This document shows, piece after piece, positions 24,056 to 32,000 of a stretch of 32,000 nt of DNA (its first letter is position 1; each line of letters begins with the position of its first letter). The notes under the pieces are model-generated. The model worked only from the letters and a program-made list of their open reading frames with translations. It was not told the DNA's origin and searched no databases. The stretch is from an uncultured Opitutales bacterium (lineage in GTDB: Bacteria > Verrucomicrobiota > Verrucomicrobiia > Opitutales > UBA9783). The stretch spans positions 570,001 to 602,000 of the forward strand of contig CAKUSQ010000001.1 of NCBI GenBank assembly GCA_934691225.1. Reading direction: 5' to 3'. The translations under genes were made by a program, and so were the position numbers.

Positions 24056-24132
24056 GATTGAAAGCGTTGAAAAATATGTTTCATTAGATGTTTTTCGTTG
24101 CGGATTATTAGGGTGCATATTAGGATAAATGC

Positions 24133-25230
24133 ATGGGATCGATGTTTTTGCCATTAAAATCTGTGAAGGCTTGGATTGGATTAGATGGTTTTATTGATAG
24201 GATTATGCTGCCTGTTCAGACAAGAACAGGAATGGGTAATGCATTTAAACCGTATGAATCATTGAAAGATTTTGGTCAGAGGATCCAAATGGCATCGGGT
24301 TCTAATTTAAATATAGAACTTTTTGAAAAAATAGAAAAAATGGGAGGTAATGGGCCTTTATTAGCTAATGCAATGGTTAACTTAGGGGTGGATGTTCGTT
24401 ATGTTGGAACATTAGGATTACCTGTGCATCCATTGTTTCAAGATTTTGCTAAAAAAACAAAAGCAATTTCTTTGGGAAATTATGGTGAAACTTGTGCATT
24501 AGAGTTTTTAGATGGAAAATTGATCCTTGGTAACACACAAGTTTTAGATCAAATTACCTATGAACGATTAGAACAGTTTATTCCTAAAGATCAATGGATT
24601 CAAACATATACAGAATCGTCGCTTATTTCATGGCAAAATTGGACCATGATGATCCATATGACAGAAATTTTGAAGAGCGTTTTAAGCAATATTTGGCCTT
24701 ATGTTGAAAATAAAACGGACCGAATTTGTTTCTTTGATCTGGCAGATCCAGCAAAAAGATCGTACGAATCATTAAAGTGTTTTTTAGAGCTTTTACCGAA
24801 ATTTCGAGATAAAAGCAGTGTGTTTTTAGGATTAAATCGTGCAGAAGCTAAGTACGTTGGTGAGTTATTGGGTTTGAATTTCCCTAAACATATGATGGAT
24901 GAGTCATCTTATGGTTGGATAAGAGATTTGCAAAAAAAGTTAAGTATAGATGGAATATTTGTTCATTGTTGTGATGGAGCTCTTGCTGTCGTAAGGAATG
25001 AAATTGCTTTTGAACCTGCGCAACCTGCTAAATGTTTGACGTGTTTAACGGGAAGTGGCGATCATTTTAATGCAGGATGTTTGAGTGGGCTTTTAATGAA
25101 TTTATCGCTTGCACAATGTCTTCGTTTGGGACATATTACTTCTGTCTTGTACATTGAGTCTGGGCAATCACCTACGCTGGAATCAGTCGAGCATTTTTAT
25201 TTAAATAATATAAAACAAGAAAGGATGTAG
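24133..25230 (+). CDS. PfkB/ribokinase-superfamily carbohydrate kinase-like protein, substrate unknown
   Basis: 365 aa. C-terminal GSGDHFNAG matches the PfkB signature (GxGDxFxxG). First gene of an apparent operon with tmk, holB and tal. Confidence 0.6.
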   Translation: MGSMFLPLKSVKAWIGLDGFIDRIMLPVQTRTGMGNAFKPYESLKDFGQRIQMASGSNLNIELFEKIEKMGGNGPLLANAMVNLGVDVRYVGTLGLPVHPLFQDFAKKTKAISLGNYGETCALEFLDGKLILGNTQVLDQITYERLEQFIPKDQWIQTYTESSLISWQNWTMMIHMTEILKSVLSNIWPYVENKTDRICFFDLADPAKRSYESLKCFLELLPKFRDKSSVFLGLNRAEAKYVGELLGLNFPKHMMDESSYGWIRDLQKKLSIDGIFVHCCDGALAVVRNEIAFEPAQPAKCLTCLTGSGDHFNAGCLSGLLMNLSLAQCLRLGHITSVLYIESGQSPTLESVEHFYLNNIKQERM

Positions 25231-25231
25231 G

Positions 25232-25876
25232 ATGAAATATAAAAAAAAGGGTGTTTTTATTACTTTTGAGGGATGTGAAGGTTGTGGAAAAACAACACAG
25301 ATTAGTATGCTTTCAGAACGTTTACAGAAAGTTGATAAAGAGATTTTAGTGACACGTGAACCTGGGGGAACGGTAGTAGGTGAGATGATTCGACATATTT
25401 TATTGGGGAGTCACGATATATCTGCCATGTGTCCAGAAAGTGAATTATTGTTGTTTGCAGCTAGTCGTGCACAATTGGTTCGTGAGGTTATTATTCCACA
25501 ACTTGAAGCTGGAAAGTTTATTTTGTGCGATCGCTTTTTAGATTCAACAACCGTTTATCAGGGGGTCGCTCGTCAATTAGCCGAAGGTCCTGTAAGAATT
25601 ATCAATGAATTTGCAGTAGGTGATTTAATGCCTGATTTAACAATTGTACTAGATATTCCTGCAGAAGAAAGTCAATTGCGTGTACAGCGTCGTATGAATA
25701 GCATTCCGGATAGAATAGAAAAAGAAAGTATTGATTTTTATTCAGCGGTTCGTGAAGGTTATTTATATTTGGCAAAAGAATTTCCTAAACGTTTAGTACT
25801 GATAGATGGTTCAAAAAATGTTAAGAGTGTAGCTGAATCTATTTGGGAGGCTGTAGAGTCTCGTTTTTTAAAGTAA
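25232..25876 (+). CDS. tmk: Thymidylate kinase
   Basis: 214 aa. P-loop FEGCEGCGKTT, and DRFLDST.VYQG. Confidence 0.92.
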   Translation: MKYKKKGVFITFEGCEGCGKTTQISMLSERLQKVDKEILVTREPGGTVVGEMIRHILLGSHDISAMCPESELLLFAASRAQLVREVIIPQLEAGKFILCDRFLDSTTVYQGVARQLAEGPVRIINEFAVGDLMPDLTIVLDIPAEESQLRVQRRMNSIPDRIEKESIDFYSAVREGYLYLAKEFPKRLVLIDGSKNVKSVAESIWEAVESRFLK

Positions 25877-26721
25877 TGGAGGCCGTAGATTATTTTTCAA
25901 AAATTCCGCAAAGTGTGCTTGTGTCAGGTGCATCTATAGAAGTAGTTGCACATTTTGTGGAGACTTGGGCAGCCACACTTTTAGATATTTTGCCAGAAAA
26001 TGTTAATCAGCATCCTGATTTTCATGCTGTTCGTCCAGTTAATAAAATGCGACAAATCGGTGTGGATGCGCTGCGTGATTTAAATCGTAATGTTTATACG
26101 TCTTCTCAGCAAGGTGGACGTAAGGTATTTGTTATTTATGAAGCAGATCGTTTAAATGTGGCAGCAGCGAATGCTTTGTTGAAAACTTTAGAAGAACCTA
26201 CGTCTGATACTTCTATTTTTTTAGTCACCGTTCGTCCTTATGATTTATTGCCAACGGTACGCAGTCGTTGTTGGTGTATACAATACAATGAAAAAGCTGA
26301 TAAACCTATCGTTTCAGCGTTCATGCAGGATTGGTTGTCCCAGTTTAAAGAAATTGTTCAATGTTATAGTGAAAAACAGCAGGCGATTTCACCTTTGAAA
26401 ATTTATGGTTTGCTTTATCGCCTACAAGGTTATCTTAATCAACAAAAAGATTTGTTAGACACAGAGGAAGAAGCATTGGAAGAGGAGGTGAAGATTGCTC
26501 AGAAGGCTAGCCTTGAAAAGCGATTTGTACAGGAGATTTTTGGGGCGATTGAGTTAACTTTAAGCGAAATTATTCACAAATCTTCGGTAAAAAATGCTGC
26601 ACATGAATATTATTCTACATGGATTCAACAGTTGGAGTCGTGTTTTAGTAGAATAGAAGTTAATTTAGGGCCTATTGCTGCATTAGAACCTTTTTTATTG
26701 CAATTTTGTAAACCTTTATGA
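25876..26721 (+). CDS. holB: DNA polymerase III delta' subunit
   Basis: LLKTLEEP and VRSRC (sensor) motifs. Conserved tmk-holB synteny. The ATG at 25876 overlaps the tmk stop (TAATG), while the track start at 25843 would overlap tmk by 34 nt. Confidence 0.8.
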   Translation: MEAVDYFSKIPQSVLVSGASIEVVAHFVETWAATLLDILPENVNQHPDFHAVRPVNKMRQIGVDALRDLNRNVYTSSQQGGRKVFVIYEADRLNVAAANALLKTLEEPTSDTSIFLVTVRPYDLLPTVRSRCWCIQYNEKADKPIVSAFMQDWLSQFKEIVQCYSEKQQAISPLKIYGLLYRLQGYLNQQKDLLDTEEEALEEEVKIAQKASLEKRFVQEIFGAIELTLSEIIHKSSVKNAAHEYYSTWIQQLESCFSRIEVNLGPIAALEPFLLQFCKPL

Positions 26722-27683
26722 ACACATTAGAAGCTTTAAAACAGTATACAAAAGTTGTTGCGGATACAGGAAATTTGGATGAAATTAGTGCGTTGAAACC
26801 GGAAGAAGCTACAACCAATCCGACGCTTATCTTAAAAGCGGTTCAGCGTGAATCTGAATCTAAATGTTTATTCGAAGCTTATGATTTAGCAAAAACATTA
26901 ATAAATAATCCGCCTTCGTGTCAGCAAATTTTGCAAGCTTGCCTTATTGTTTTTGCAAGAAAAATTCTGCAAATTATCCCAGGACGTGTTTCTATAGAAG
27001 TGGATAGTCGGTTATCTTTTGATACGCAAGCAACCGTTGAAGCAGCGCAAAATTTGGTTCAAATTGCGAAACAAGCTAAGGTAGATACGCGTCGAATACT
27101 CATAAAAATTGCAGCAACTTGGGAAGGTATTCAGGCTGCAAAAATTTTAGAAACGCTTGGAATTGCTTGCAATTGTACATTGATATTCAATTCTGTTCAA
27201 GCTTTAGCCTGTGCTCAAGCCAAGGTTACATTAATATCGCCATTTGTCGGACGTATTTATGATTGGCATTGTGCGCATATGATCGACAAAGCAATGAAGG
27301 AAGATCCAGGTGTGATTTCGGTTAAACAAATTTACTACTTGTTGAAAAGTCAAGGTTTTTGTACTGAAATCATGGGAGCTAGTTTCCGAAATATAGATGA
27401 AATTTTAGCTTTGGCAGGTTGCGATCGCCTTACGATTGCACCTAAATATATTGAACAGATGCAACAAATGGATTGTACGGTTGTTCCTAAGCTTATCCCT
27501 CCAGCAAAAGTTGAACAGCCACCTGAAGTAAAAGCGTCAGATTTTCACTGGCAGATGAGTCAAGATGCGATGGCTACTGAAAAACTAGCAGAAGGAATTC
27601 GACTTTTCGCTAAAGACAATGACATTTTATGTCAAAAAATCGAACAAGTTCTAAAAGATAATTACCTATCTTATAGTTATTAA
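26718..27683 (+). CDS. tal: Transaldolase (long, TalB-type)
   Basis: 321 aa with TTNPTLIL, IKIAATWEGI and LISPFVGRI blocks. ATGA overlap with holB. Confidence 0.9.
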   Translation: MNTLEALKQYTKVVADTGNLDEISALKPEEATTNPTLILKAVQRESESKCLFEAYDLAKTLINNPPSCQQILQACLIVFARKILQIIPGRVSIEVDSRLSFDTQATVEAAQNLVQIAKQAKVDTRRILIKIAATWEGIQAAKILETLGIACNCTLIFNSVQALACAQAKVTLISPFVGRIYDWHCAHMIDKAMKEDPGVISVKQIYYLLKSQGFCTEIMGASFRNIDEILALAGCDRLTIAPKYIEQMQQMDCTVVPKLIPPAKVEQPPEVKASDFHWQMSQDAMATEKLAEGIRLFAKDNDILCQKIEQVLKDNYLSYSY

Positions 27684-27694
27684 TTTTTAATGAA

Positions 27695-27784
27695 TGGCGG
27701 AGAGAGGGGGATTCGAACCCTCGGTGGAGTTACCTCCACACCTGATTTCGAGTCAGGCACATTCGGCCACTCTGTCATCTCTCC
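27695..27784 (-). tRNA. tRNA-Ser, anticodon CGA
   Basis: Reverse complement: GGAGAGATGACAGAGTGGCCGAATGTGCCTGACTCGAAATCAGGTGTGGAGGTAACTCCACCGAGGGTTCGAATCCCCCTCTCTCCGCCA. 7-bp acceptor stem GGAGAGA/TCTCTCC. Anticodon stem CCTGA/TCAGG with loop CT-CGA-AA. Long variable arm. GGTTCGAATCC T-loop. Encoded CCA. Confidence 0.92.
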
Positions 27785-27804
27785 ATGCTTATTAATTTAT
27801 ATGT

Positions 27805-27832
27805 AAAAACATTCTCGTGTTTATCACAAGAA
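27805..27832 (-). terminator. Candidate terminator downstream of rseP
   Basis: - strand UUCUUGUG, auaaa, CACGAGAA (8 bp including one U-G pair; 27832-27812), followed by UGUUUUUACAU. Confidence 0.45.
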
Positions 27833-27847
27833 AATTTATTGTTATTT

Positions 27848-29560
27848 TTAATGCATCGGCAAAGGTTCCATGAGTTTTTCAAAGCGCTGCTGTGAAGCTT
27901 CTGTCTCAAGATCTCCTTGCCAACGACGAATATCGAAGAAAATTACGTAAGCCATCAGCCCTAAAAACAGAAGTACAAAAAGATTTTGTGTAACAATAAT
28001 GAATTTTGCAGGCAAAGGTTTTCGGAAAATTTTTTCAAATACGGCAAATAAAATATGTCCTCCATCTAAAACCGGAATGGGGAGTAAATTTAAAATGGCT
28101 AAGTTGATATTGAGCAGTACGATGAACCAAAGTAAACGTCGAAAATCATCTGTAGAAAATCGGTGTAATAACCGCATAATGCCGGGAGCTCCCATTAAAT
28201 GCTGCATTTTTACATCAGAATTCTTATTGATTAAGCTGGATAACGTCCCAAAAGTAGAACTAATCGCTTGTTTAAATTGTATCCAAGGATTATCATGAAT
28301 AAGTTGCATTGGTTGCGAAAAAAATAAACCTAGACGTTGGATCGTTTCAGCCGGGTGAAAAGCCAAATTATCAGGCTTTAAATTCGGGATAACCATTAAA
28401 CGTTTGTGTTGTTGCGTTTGGATTTCCAACATGATGGTTCGGCTCTCACAAGATTTTAAAATTTGTTCTAAGTGTTCTAAATTTTGCAGATGAATACCGT
28501 TACAAGATAATAGCGTTCCATTTTGAGGGATCGCAGAAAGTAATTGCCCTTTTACTTCCAAGATATGCACATTATCATTCAATTGGTAGAAGTCGAGGTA
28601 GGTATCATTTTCGCCATAATGCAGCCAAGCACGAGTGTGAGGTTCTGATTTTATGTCGCAAGGAATTTGAAGAAATTCGTCATTTCGTTTAATGGATAAT
28701 TCTACATGAGAGGGTTTTTGTGTATTTAAATACTCACGTAAATCGACAAAGGAAAATAATGGAATCTGATCAACTTTTAACAGAATATCTCCTTTTTTTA
28801 TGCCACATTTTTCAGCTGACGATTCTTTTTCAAATCCTTCAACAATTAACGTTTGTTTAGGCGACAAGATACCACTAAAACGAATTTCATCACCTGTTAA
28901 AGGATTGGTTTGCATCATAACAAGTTTTAGGTAGGTATGACTAATTTGTTCGTGTCGTTGATAGGTGATTTTTACTTGAGGATTTCCTTCTTTATCACGA
29001 CCATTACCTAAAATAATGTTTTTTTCGATATCGGAAAAAGTATTAATGGGAGTATTATCAACGGCAATAATTTTATCACCTTTTTGAAGGCCAGCTTGCA
29101 TGGCTGGCGTAGGTACACCGTTATATTCAGGAAGTATGTAACCGATTTCTGTGCAACTGTCTTGTGTAGGGACTTTTAACCCGACACCCCATAAGATGCA
29201 TGCTAGTACGAATGCTAGCAGTAGATTGAAAAGAGCTCCCATGATGGCTACGAGAAACTTGTCCGTGAATGTTAAAGGTTTAGAAGTGTCTTTTGTATTT
29301 CCTTCCAAAATGGGAATTTCGCCCATTTGTGGTAAAGCTACATACCCACCTAATGGAAGCAGAGCAATGCAGTATTCAGTTTCACCACGTTTCCAAGAAA
29401 AAATTTTAGGACCAAATCCTATGGAAAATTTAGGAACACGTAGGCCGCGTTTTTTGGCTATGATGAAGTGTCCAAACTCATGAATGAATATGGAACCACC
29501 GAAAAAAAACAGCATCCAAAAAATTCCCCAAAGATTTAAAAGTATTGATTTCCAATCCAT
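27848..29560 (-). CDS. rseP: RIP (site-2) zinc metalloprotease RseP
   Basis: 570 aa. HEFGHF zinc motif in the first TM region, PDZ-like central region, NLLPIPVLDGGH motif near the C-terminus. Confidence 0.9.
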   Translation of the reverse strand: MDWKSILLNLWGIFWMLFFFGGSIFIHEFGHFIIAKKRGLRVPKFSIGFGPKIFSWKRGETEYCIALLPLGGYVALPQMGEIPILEGNTKDTSKPLTFTDKFLVAIMGALFNLLLAFVLACILWGVGLKVPTQDSCTEIGYILPEYNGVPTPAMQAGLQKGDKIIAVDNTPINTFSDIEKNIILGNGRDKEGNPQVKITYQRHEQISHTYLKLVMMQTNPLTGDEIRFSGILSPKQTLIVEGFEKESSAEKCGIKKGDILLKVDQIPLFSFVDLREYLNTQKPSHVELSIKRNDEFLQIPCDIKSEPHTRAWLHYGENDTYLDFYQLNDNVHILEVKGQLLSAIPQNGTLLSCNGIHLQNLEHLEQILKSCESRTIMLEIQTQQHKRLMVIPNLKPDNLAFHPAETIQRLGLFFSQPMQLIHDNPWIQFKQAISSTFGTLSSLINKNSDVKMQHLMGAPGIMRLLHRFSTDDFRRLLWFIVLLNINLAILNLLPIPVLDGGHILFAVFEKIFRKPLPAKFIIVTQNLFVLLFLGLMAYVIFFDIRRWQGDLETEASQQRFEKLMEPLPMH

Positions 29561-29569
29561 GTGCTACCT

Positions 29570-29597
29570 ACTATAATTCATTTTTTATGAAATACAA
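29570..29597 (-). promoter_or_regulatory. Candidate rseP promoter very close to the start codon
   Basis: On the - strand: TTGTAT (29597-29592), 16 nt, TATAGT (29575-29570), then only 9 nt (AGGTAGCAC) before the ATG at 29560. Confidence 0.35.
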
Positions 29598-29684
29598 TAT
29601 GAAAAATTAAAGTTTTTGAGCAATAAATTATGTAGAAAATATGGTTAATATTTTATCGTTTAAGATGTTTTTGTATAAAATTCC

Positions 29685-29712
29685 TTGACAGTATTGCTTA
29701 TGTATTCATAAT
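29685..29712 (+). promoter_or_regulatory. Sigma-70-type promoter for the OppF-like gene
   Basis: TTGACA (29685-29690), 16 nt, CATAAT (29707-29712). About 100 nt upstream of the GTG start at 29816. Confidence 0.5.
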
Positions 29713-29815
29713 TGCTTATTAATACATGAAACAAAAATATTTTAGAATCGTTTTACTATTTATCGCTTTAGGTTATAATCTTTTCGGATAAGAATTTTGT
29801 TAGATCGCTATCGTT

Positions 29816-30604
29816 GTGTTTGAATCTCCATTATTGTTCATTGATGATTTGTGTGTTTCTTACAAAAAAACAGGTGTGAGTTTTGCATGTGAACCGTTTT
29901 ATGCTTTGAGGCATATTTCATTCAAAGTAAAGCGGGGAGAAACTTTAGGTGTGGTTGGTGAAAGTGGTAGTGGTAAAACAACATTAGGGCGAGCCATCGT
30001 TCGTTTAGTGGAGACAACCTCAGGAGAAATTTTTTTCGAAGGTACAGACATTTTAAAGTTAAGTACAAGAGCATTTTTTTCTTATCGTAAAAAAATACAG
30101 ATGATTTTTCAGGATCCTTTTGGTTCACTTAATCCTCGAATGACGATAGAGCAGATATTAAATGAGCCTCTTAAGATTCATTTTCCTACTATGCCTAAGG
30201 CTGAAAGGCATCAACGCGTTATAAAATTACTGGAACAAGTTTGTTTGCCGCAATCAGCATTGGATCGATATTCGGATGAGTTCAGTGGTGGACAACGGCA
30301 GCGCATAGGAATTGCTCGTGCATTGGCAGTTGAGCCGCAACTTATTATTTGTGATGAACCAGTAAGTGCTTTGGATGTTTCAATTCAAGCGCAAATCATA
30401 AATTTACTAAAGGATTTGCAAAAAGAATTAAAGCTAACGTACATATTTATTTCACACGATATGGCTGTAGTTCGTCACATGAGTGATCGTGTTGCAGTTA
30501 TGCAGAATGGGAAAATTATTGAAGAAGCTTCAGCGGATACAATATATAAATGTCCTGAAAACGTATACACAAAGGAACTTTTGCAAGCAGTTCCTGAACT
30601 TTAA
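29816..30604 (+). CDS. Oligopeptide/dipeptide ABC transporter ATP-binding protein (OppF/DppF-type)
   Basis: 262 aa. Walker A GESGSGKTT, signature FSGGQRQR, Walker B IICDEPVSALD, H-loop ISHD. No permease or binding-protein gene is adjacent. Confidence 0.85.
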   Translation: MFESPLLFIDDLCVSYKKTGVSFACEPFYALRHISFKVKRGETLGVVGESGSGKTTLGRAIVRLVETTSGEIFFEGTDILKLSTRAFFSYRKKIQMIFQDPFGSLNPRMTIEQILNEPLKIHFPTMPKAERHQRVIKLLEQVCLPQSALDRYSDEFSGGQRQRIGIARALAVEPQLIICDEPVSALDVSIQAQIINLLKDLQKELKLTYIFISHDMAVVRHMSDRVAVMQNGKIIEEASADTIYKCPENVYTKELLQAVPEL

Positions 30605-30658
30605 GGTTTAAAAGTTTTATCTTGCGTTGTATTAAGAGAGAATATACATAAGTGTAGT

Positions 30659-31540
30659 ATGCGAACATTAAAGTTTGGGTTAATATTAAGTTTAATGGCA
30701 TGGATGAATTGTTTTGGTGAGGATATTCCTGCCAAGCAAACAATGACATTAGGTGTTGTTCAGGGAATTACAGAATTTTTACCGGTGTCTTCAACCGGAC
30801 ATATGATTTTGGTGAATGAAGTAGGTTTTCATTCAAAAGAACAATCGCAGCGCGTACAGTCCGCTTTGGATAATTATATGGTTTGCATTCAGTTAGGAAC
30901 CATTTTAACCTTATTGTTGTTTTATCGGCGCGATGTAATTCGAATTTTTAGAGGATGTTTAGGGCGCGATCGAGATGGGTTTAATTTAGGATGGAATTTA
31001 GGGATTGCTTTTATCCCCGCGGGTGTTATTGGATTTTTGTGCGATAATATTATACAGCAATATTTTTATGGTAAAATATGTGTGGTATTAGCTCTCATAT
31101 TGGGCGGTTTTGTTATTTTTTGGCTTGAAAATTTTAGAGCGAAACATCGACCAATTATAACAGATATTTATGATGTATCTATGAAGTCAGCTTGGATTAT
31201 CGGCATGTTTCAAGTGATTGCATTATGGCCAGGATTTAGTCGATCTTTAGCCACTATTATGGGATGCCTTTGTGTAGGAATGTGTTTGAAATCAGCTATA
31301 CACTTCAGTTTTTTGTTGGGTTTATTGACATCAAGTGTAGCTACATTGTACAAATTTTTAAAGCATGGAGCCGAAATTTTTGAAACGATGGAGGGAATAG
31401 CAGCTTTAGGGGGTGTATTGGTTGCATTCTTGGTAGGAATGTCTACAATTCATATTTTTCTTTGGTATTTACGGACGCACGGATTAAAAATTTTTGGTTA
31501 TTATAGGATACTTATAGGGGTAATTTTGAGTATTTGTTGA
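30659..31540 (+). CDS. uppP: Undecaprenyl-diphosphate phosphatase
   Basis: 293 aa, polytopic, with GITEFLPVSSTGH motif. The first 28 aa are an atypical hydrophobic extension. The alternative start at Met29 (30743, MTLGVVQGITEF) matches usual UppP N-termini. Confidence 0.88.
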   Translation: MRTLKFGLILSLMAWMNCFGEDIPAKQTMTLGVVQGITEFLPVSSTGHMILVNEVGFHSKEQSQRVQSALDNYMVCIQLGTILTLLLFYRRDVIRIFRGCLGRDRDGFNLGWNLGIAFIPAGVIGFLCDNIIQQYFYGKICVVLALILGGFVIFWLENFRAKHRPIITDIYDVSMKSAWIIGMFQVIALWPGFSRSLATIMGCLCVGMCLKSAIHFSFLLGLLTSSVATLYKFLKHGAEIFETMEGIAALGGVLVAFLVGMSTIHIFLWYLRTHGLKIFGYYRILIGVILSIC

Positions 31541-31648
31541 AAAAAGCTGGACATTTATATAAAAATTTGTCAATTATATTCTTGATTTTACAAATAAATG
31601 AAATACCCTGTGTAAATTTTGTTTGTAAAGGTTTAATATCGATGTCCA

Positions 31649-32000
31649 ATGGTAGAAAAAAAAGCAGCTATAAGCAAAAACATACAACCTTCGTTTGCGT
31701 ATTTGATAGAGAAAAAACGCGAATGTGAAGAATTTTCGGATAGCGAAGTTCGTTATATTGTTGAATCTATTTTAAATAACACTATTCCTCCTCACCAATT
31801 AGCCGCGCTCATTATGGCTATTTATTTTCAGGGGCTATCGGCGCAGGAAACAGCTGTTTTAACAGAAGAAATAATGCTGTCAGGGGAAGTGGTTGATTTA
31901 ACCGATGTTGGTATGCCAAAGATTTCACTTTATGGAATTGGCGGTGTAGGTGATAAAAGTAATCTTGTTTTGACGCCTCTAGTGGCTGCGTGTGGTGTTA
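31649..32000 (+). CDS. Thymidine / pyrimidine-nucleoside phosphorylase, 5' partial (continues beyond the window)
   Basis: My translation from ATG 31649: MVEKKAAISKNIQPSFAYLIEKKRECEEFSDSEVRYIVESILNNTIPPHQLAALIMAIYFQGLSAQETAVLTEEIMLSGEVVDL...GIGGVGDKSNLVLTPLVAACGV. It is collinear with the E. coli DeoA N-terminus as I recall it (IIRKKRDG..LSDEEI...QIAALAM.I...GGVGD...GPMVAACG). Not in the ORF track because it has no stop in the window. Confidence 0.8.
   Translation, partial: MVEKKAAISKNIQPSFAYLIEKKRECEEFSDSEVRYIVESILNNTIPPHQLAALIMAIYFQGLSAQETAVLTEEIMLSGEVVDLTDVGMPKISLYGIGGVGDKSNLVLTPLVAACGV

Noticed and set aside
18431-24058. The LRR array as a mobile element or genomic island
   Set aside because: I saw no integrase, transposase, terminal inverted repeats or target-site duplication. 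The repeat boundaries coincide with promoter and terminator edges, which favours in situ tandem duplication.
27695-27784. tRNA-Ser as an integration hotspot flanking an island
   Set aside because: I spotted no integrase and no direct repeat of the tRNA 3' end nearby. The neighbouring genes tal and rseP are core. A computational repeat search was not possible.
27999-30749. ORFs 27999-28298 (+), 29151-29483 (+), 29922-30128 (-) and 30516-30749 (-)
   Set aside because: They are antisense to rseP, the OppF-like gene or the uppP start region, all of which have strong motif support on the opposite strand.
31534-31728. 64-aa plus-strand ORF after uppP
   Set aside because: It overlaps the well-supported start of the thymidine/pyrimidine-nucleoside phosphorylase gene (ATG 31649) in another frame and has no homology features.

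Overview
AT-rich (roughly mid-30s % GC by eye) chromosomal segment from a Gram-negative-type bacterium; lpxK, a Pal-like lipoprotein, rseP and uppP are all present. The taxon cannot be assigned from this sequence alone, and no database or HMM search was possible. About two thirds of the window is tightly packed housekeeping DNA. On the minus strand: tpiA, pgk, holA, lpxK, pal-like, pyrG. On the plus strand: accA, glmM, an SNF2 helicase, then a PfkB-like kinase, tmk, holB, tal. Further right: tRNA-Ser(CGA), rseP, a lone OppF/DppF-type ATPase, uppP and the 5' end of a thymidine/pyrimidine-nucleoside phosphorylase gene that runs off the window and is absent from the ORF track. Three regions look accessory. 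(1) 6.6-9.0 kb encodes an 800-aa exported protein with a polyproline patch, a PEAK-type linker and a long Q/N/E/K coiled coil. (2) 13.9-17.1 kb is an island of small uncharacterised genes around a long-tailed csrA. It has a GH73 (FlgJ-C-terminal-like) glucosaminidase, a possible FlgN-like helical protein, a sigma-28-like promoter motif, a GGA-rich stretch just upstream of csrA, and a Ser/Thr/Asn-rich ORF that looks disrupted. No flagellar structural genes are present. (3) 18.4-24.1 kb is the most striking locus. It holds four tandem, independently promoted and terminated cassettes encoding BspA-type (LRR_5-like) leucine-rich-repeat proteins. Conserved N- and C-terminal modules bracket a variable repeat core. 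The array shows clear recombination footprints: a 344-bp perfectly identical tract between two paralogs, an in-frame fusion of two cassettes, 69-bp near-perfect in-frame tandem repeats, and a loop-inverted copy of the shared terminator hairpin. No transposase, integrase, CRISPR array or rRNA was seen.
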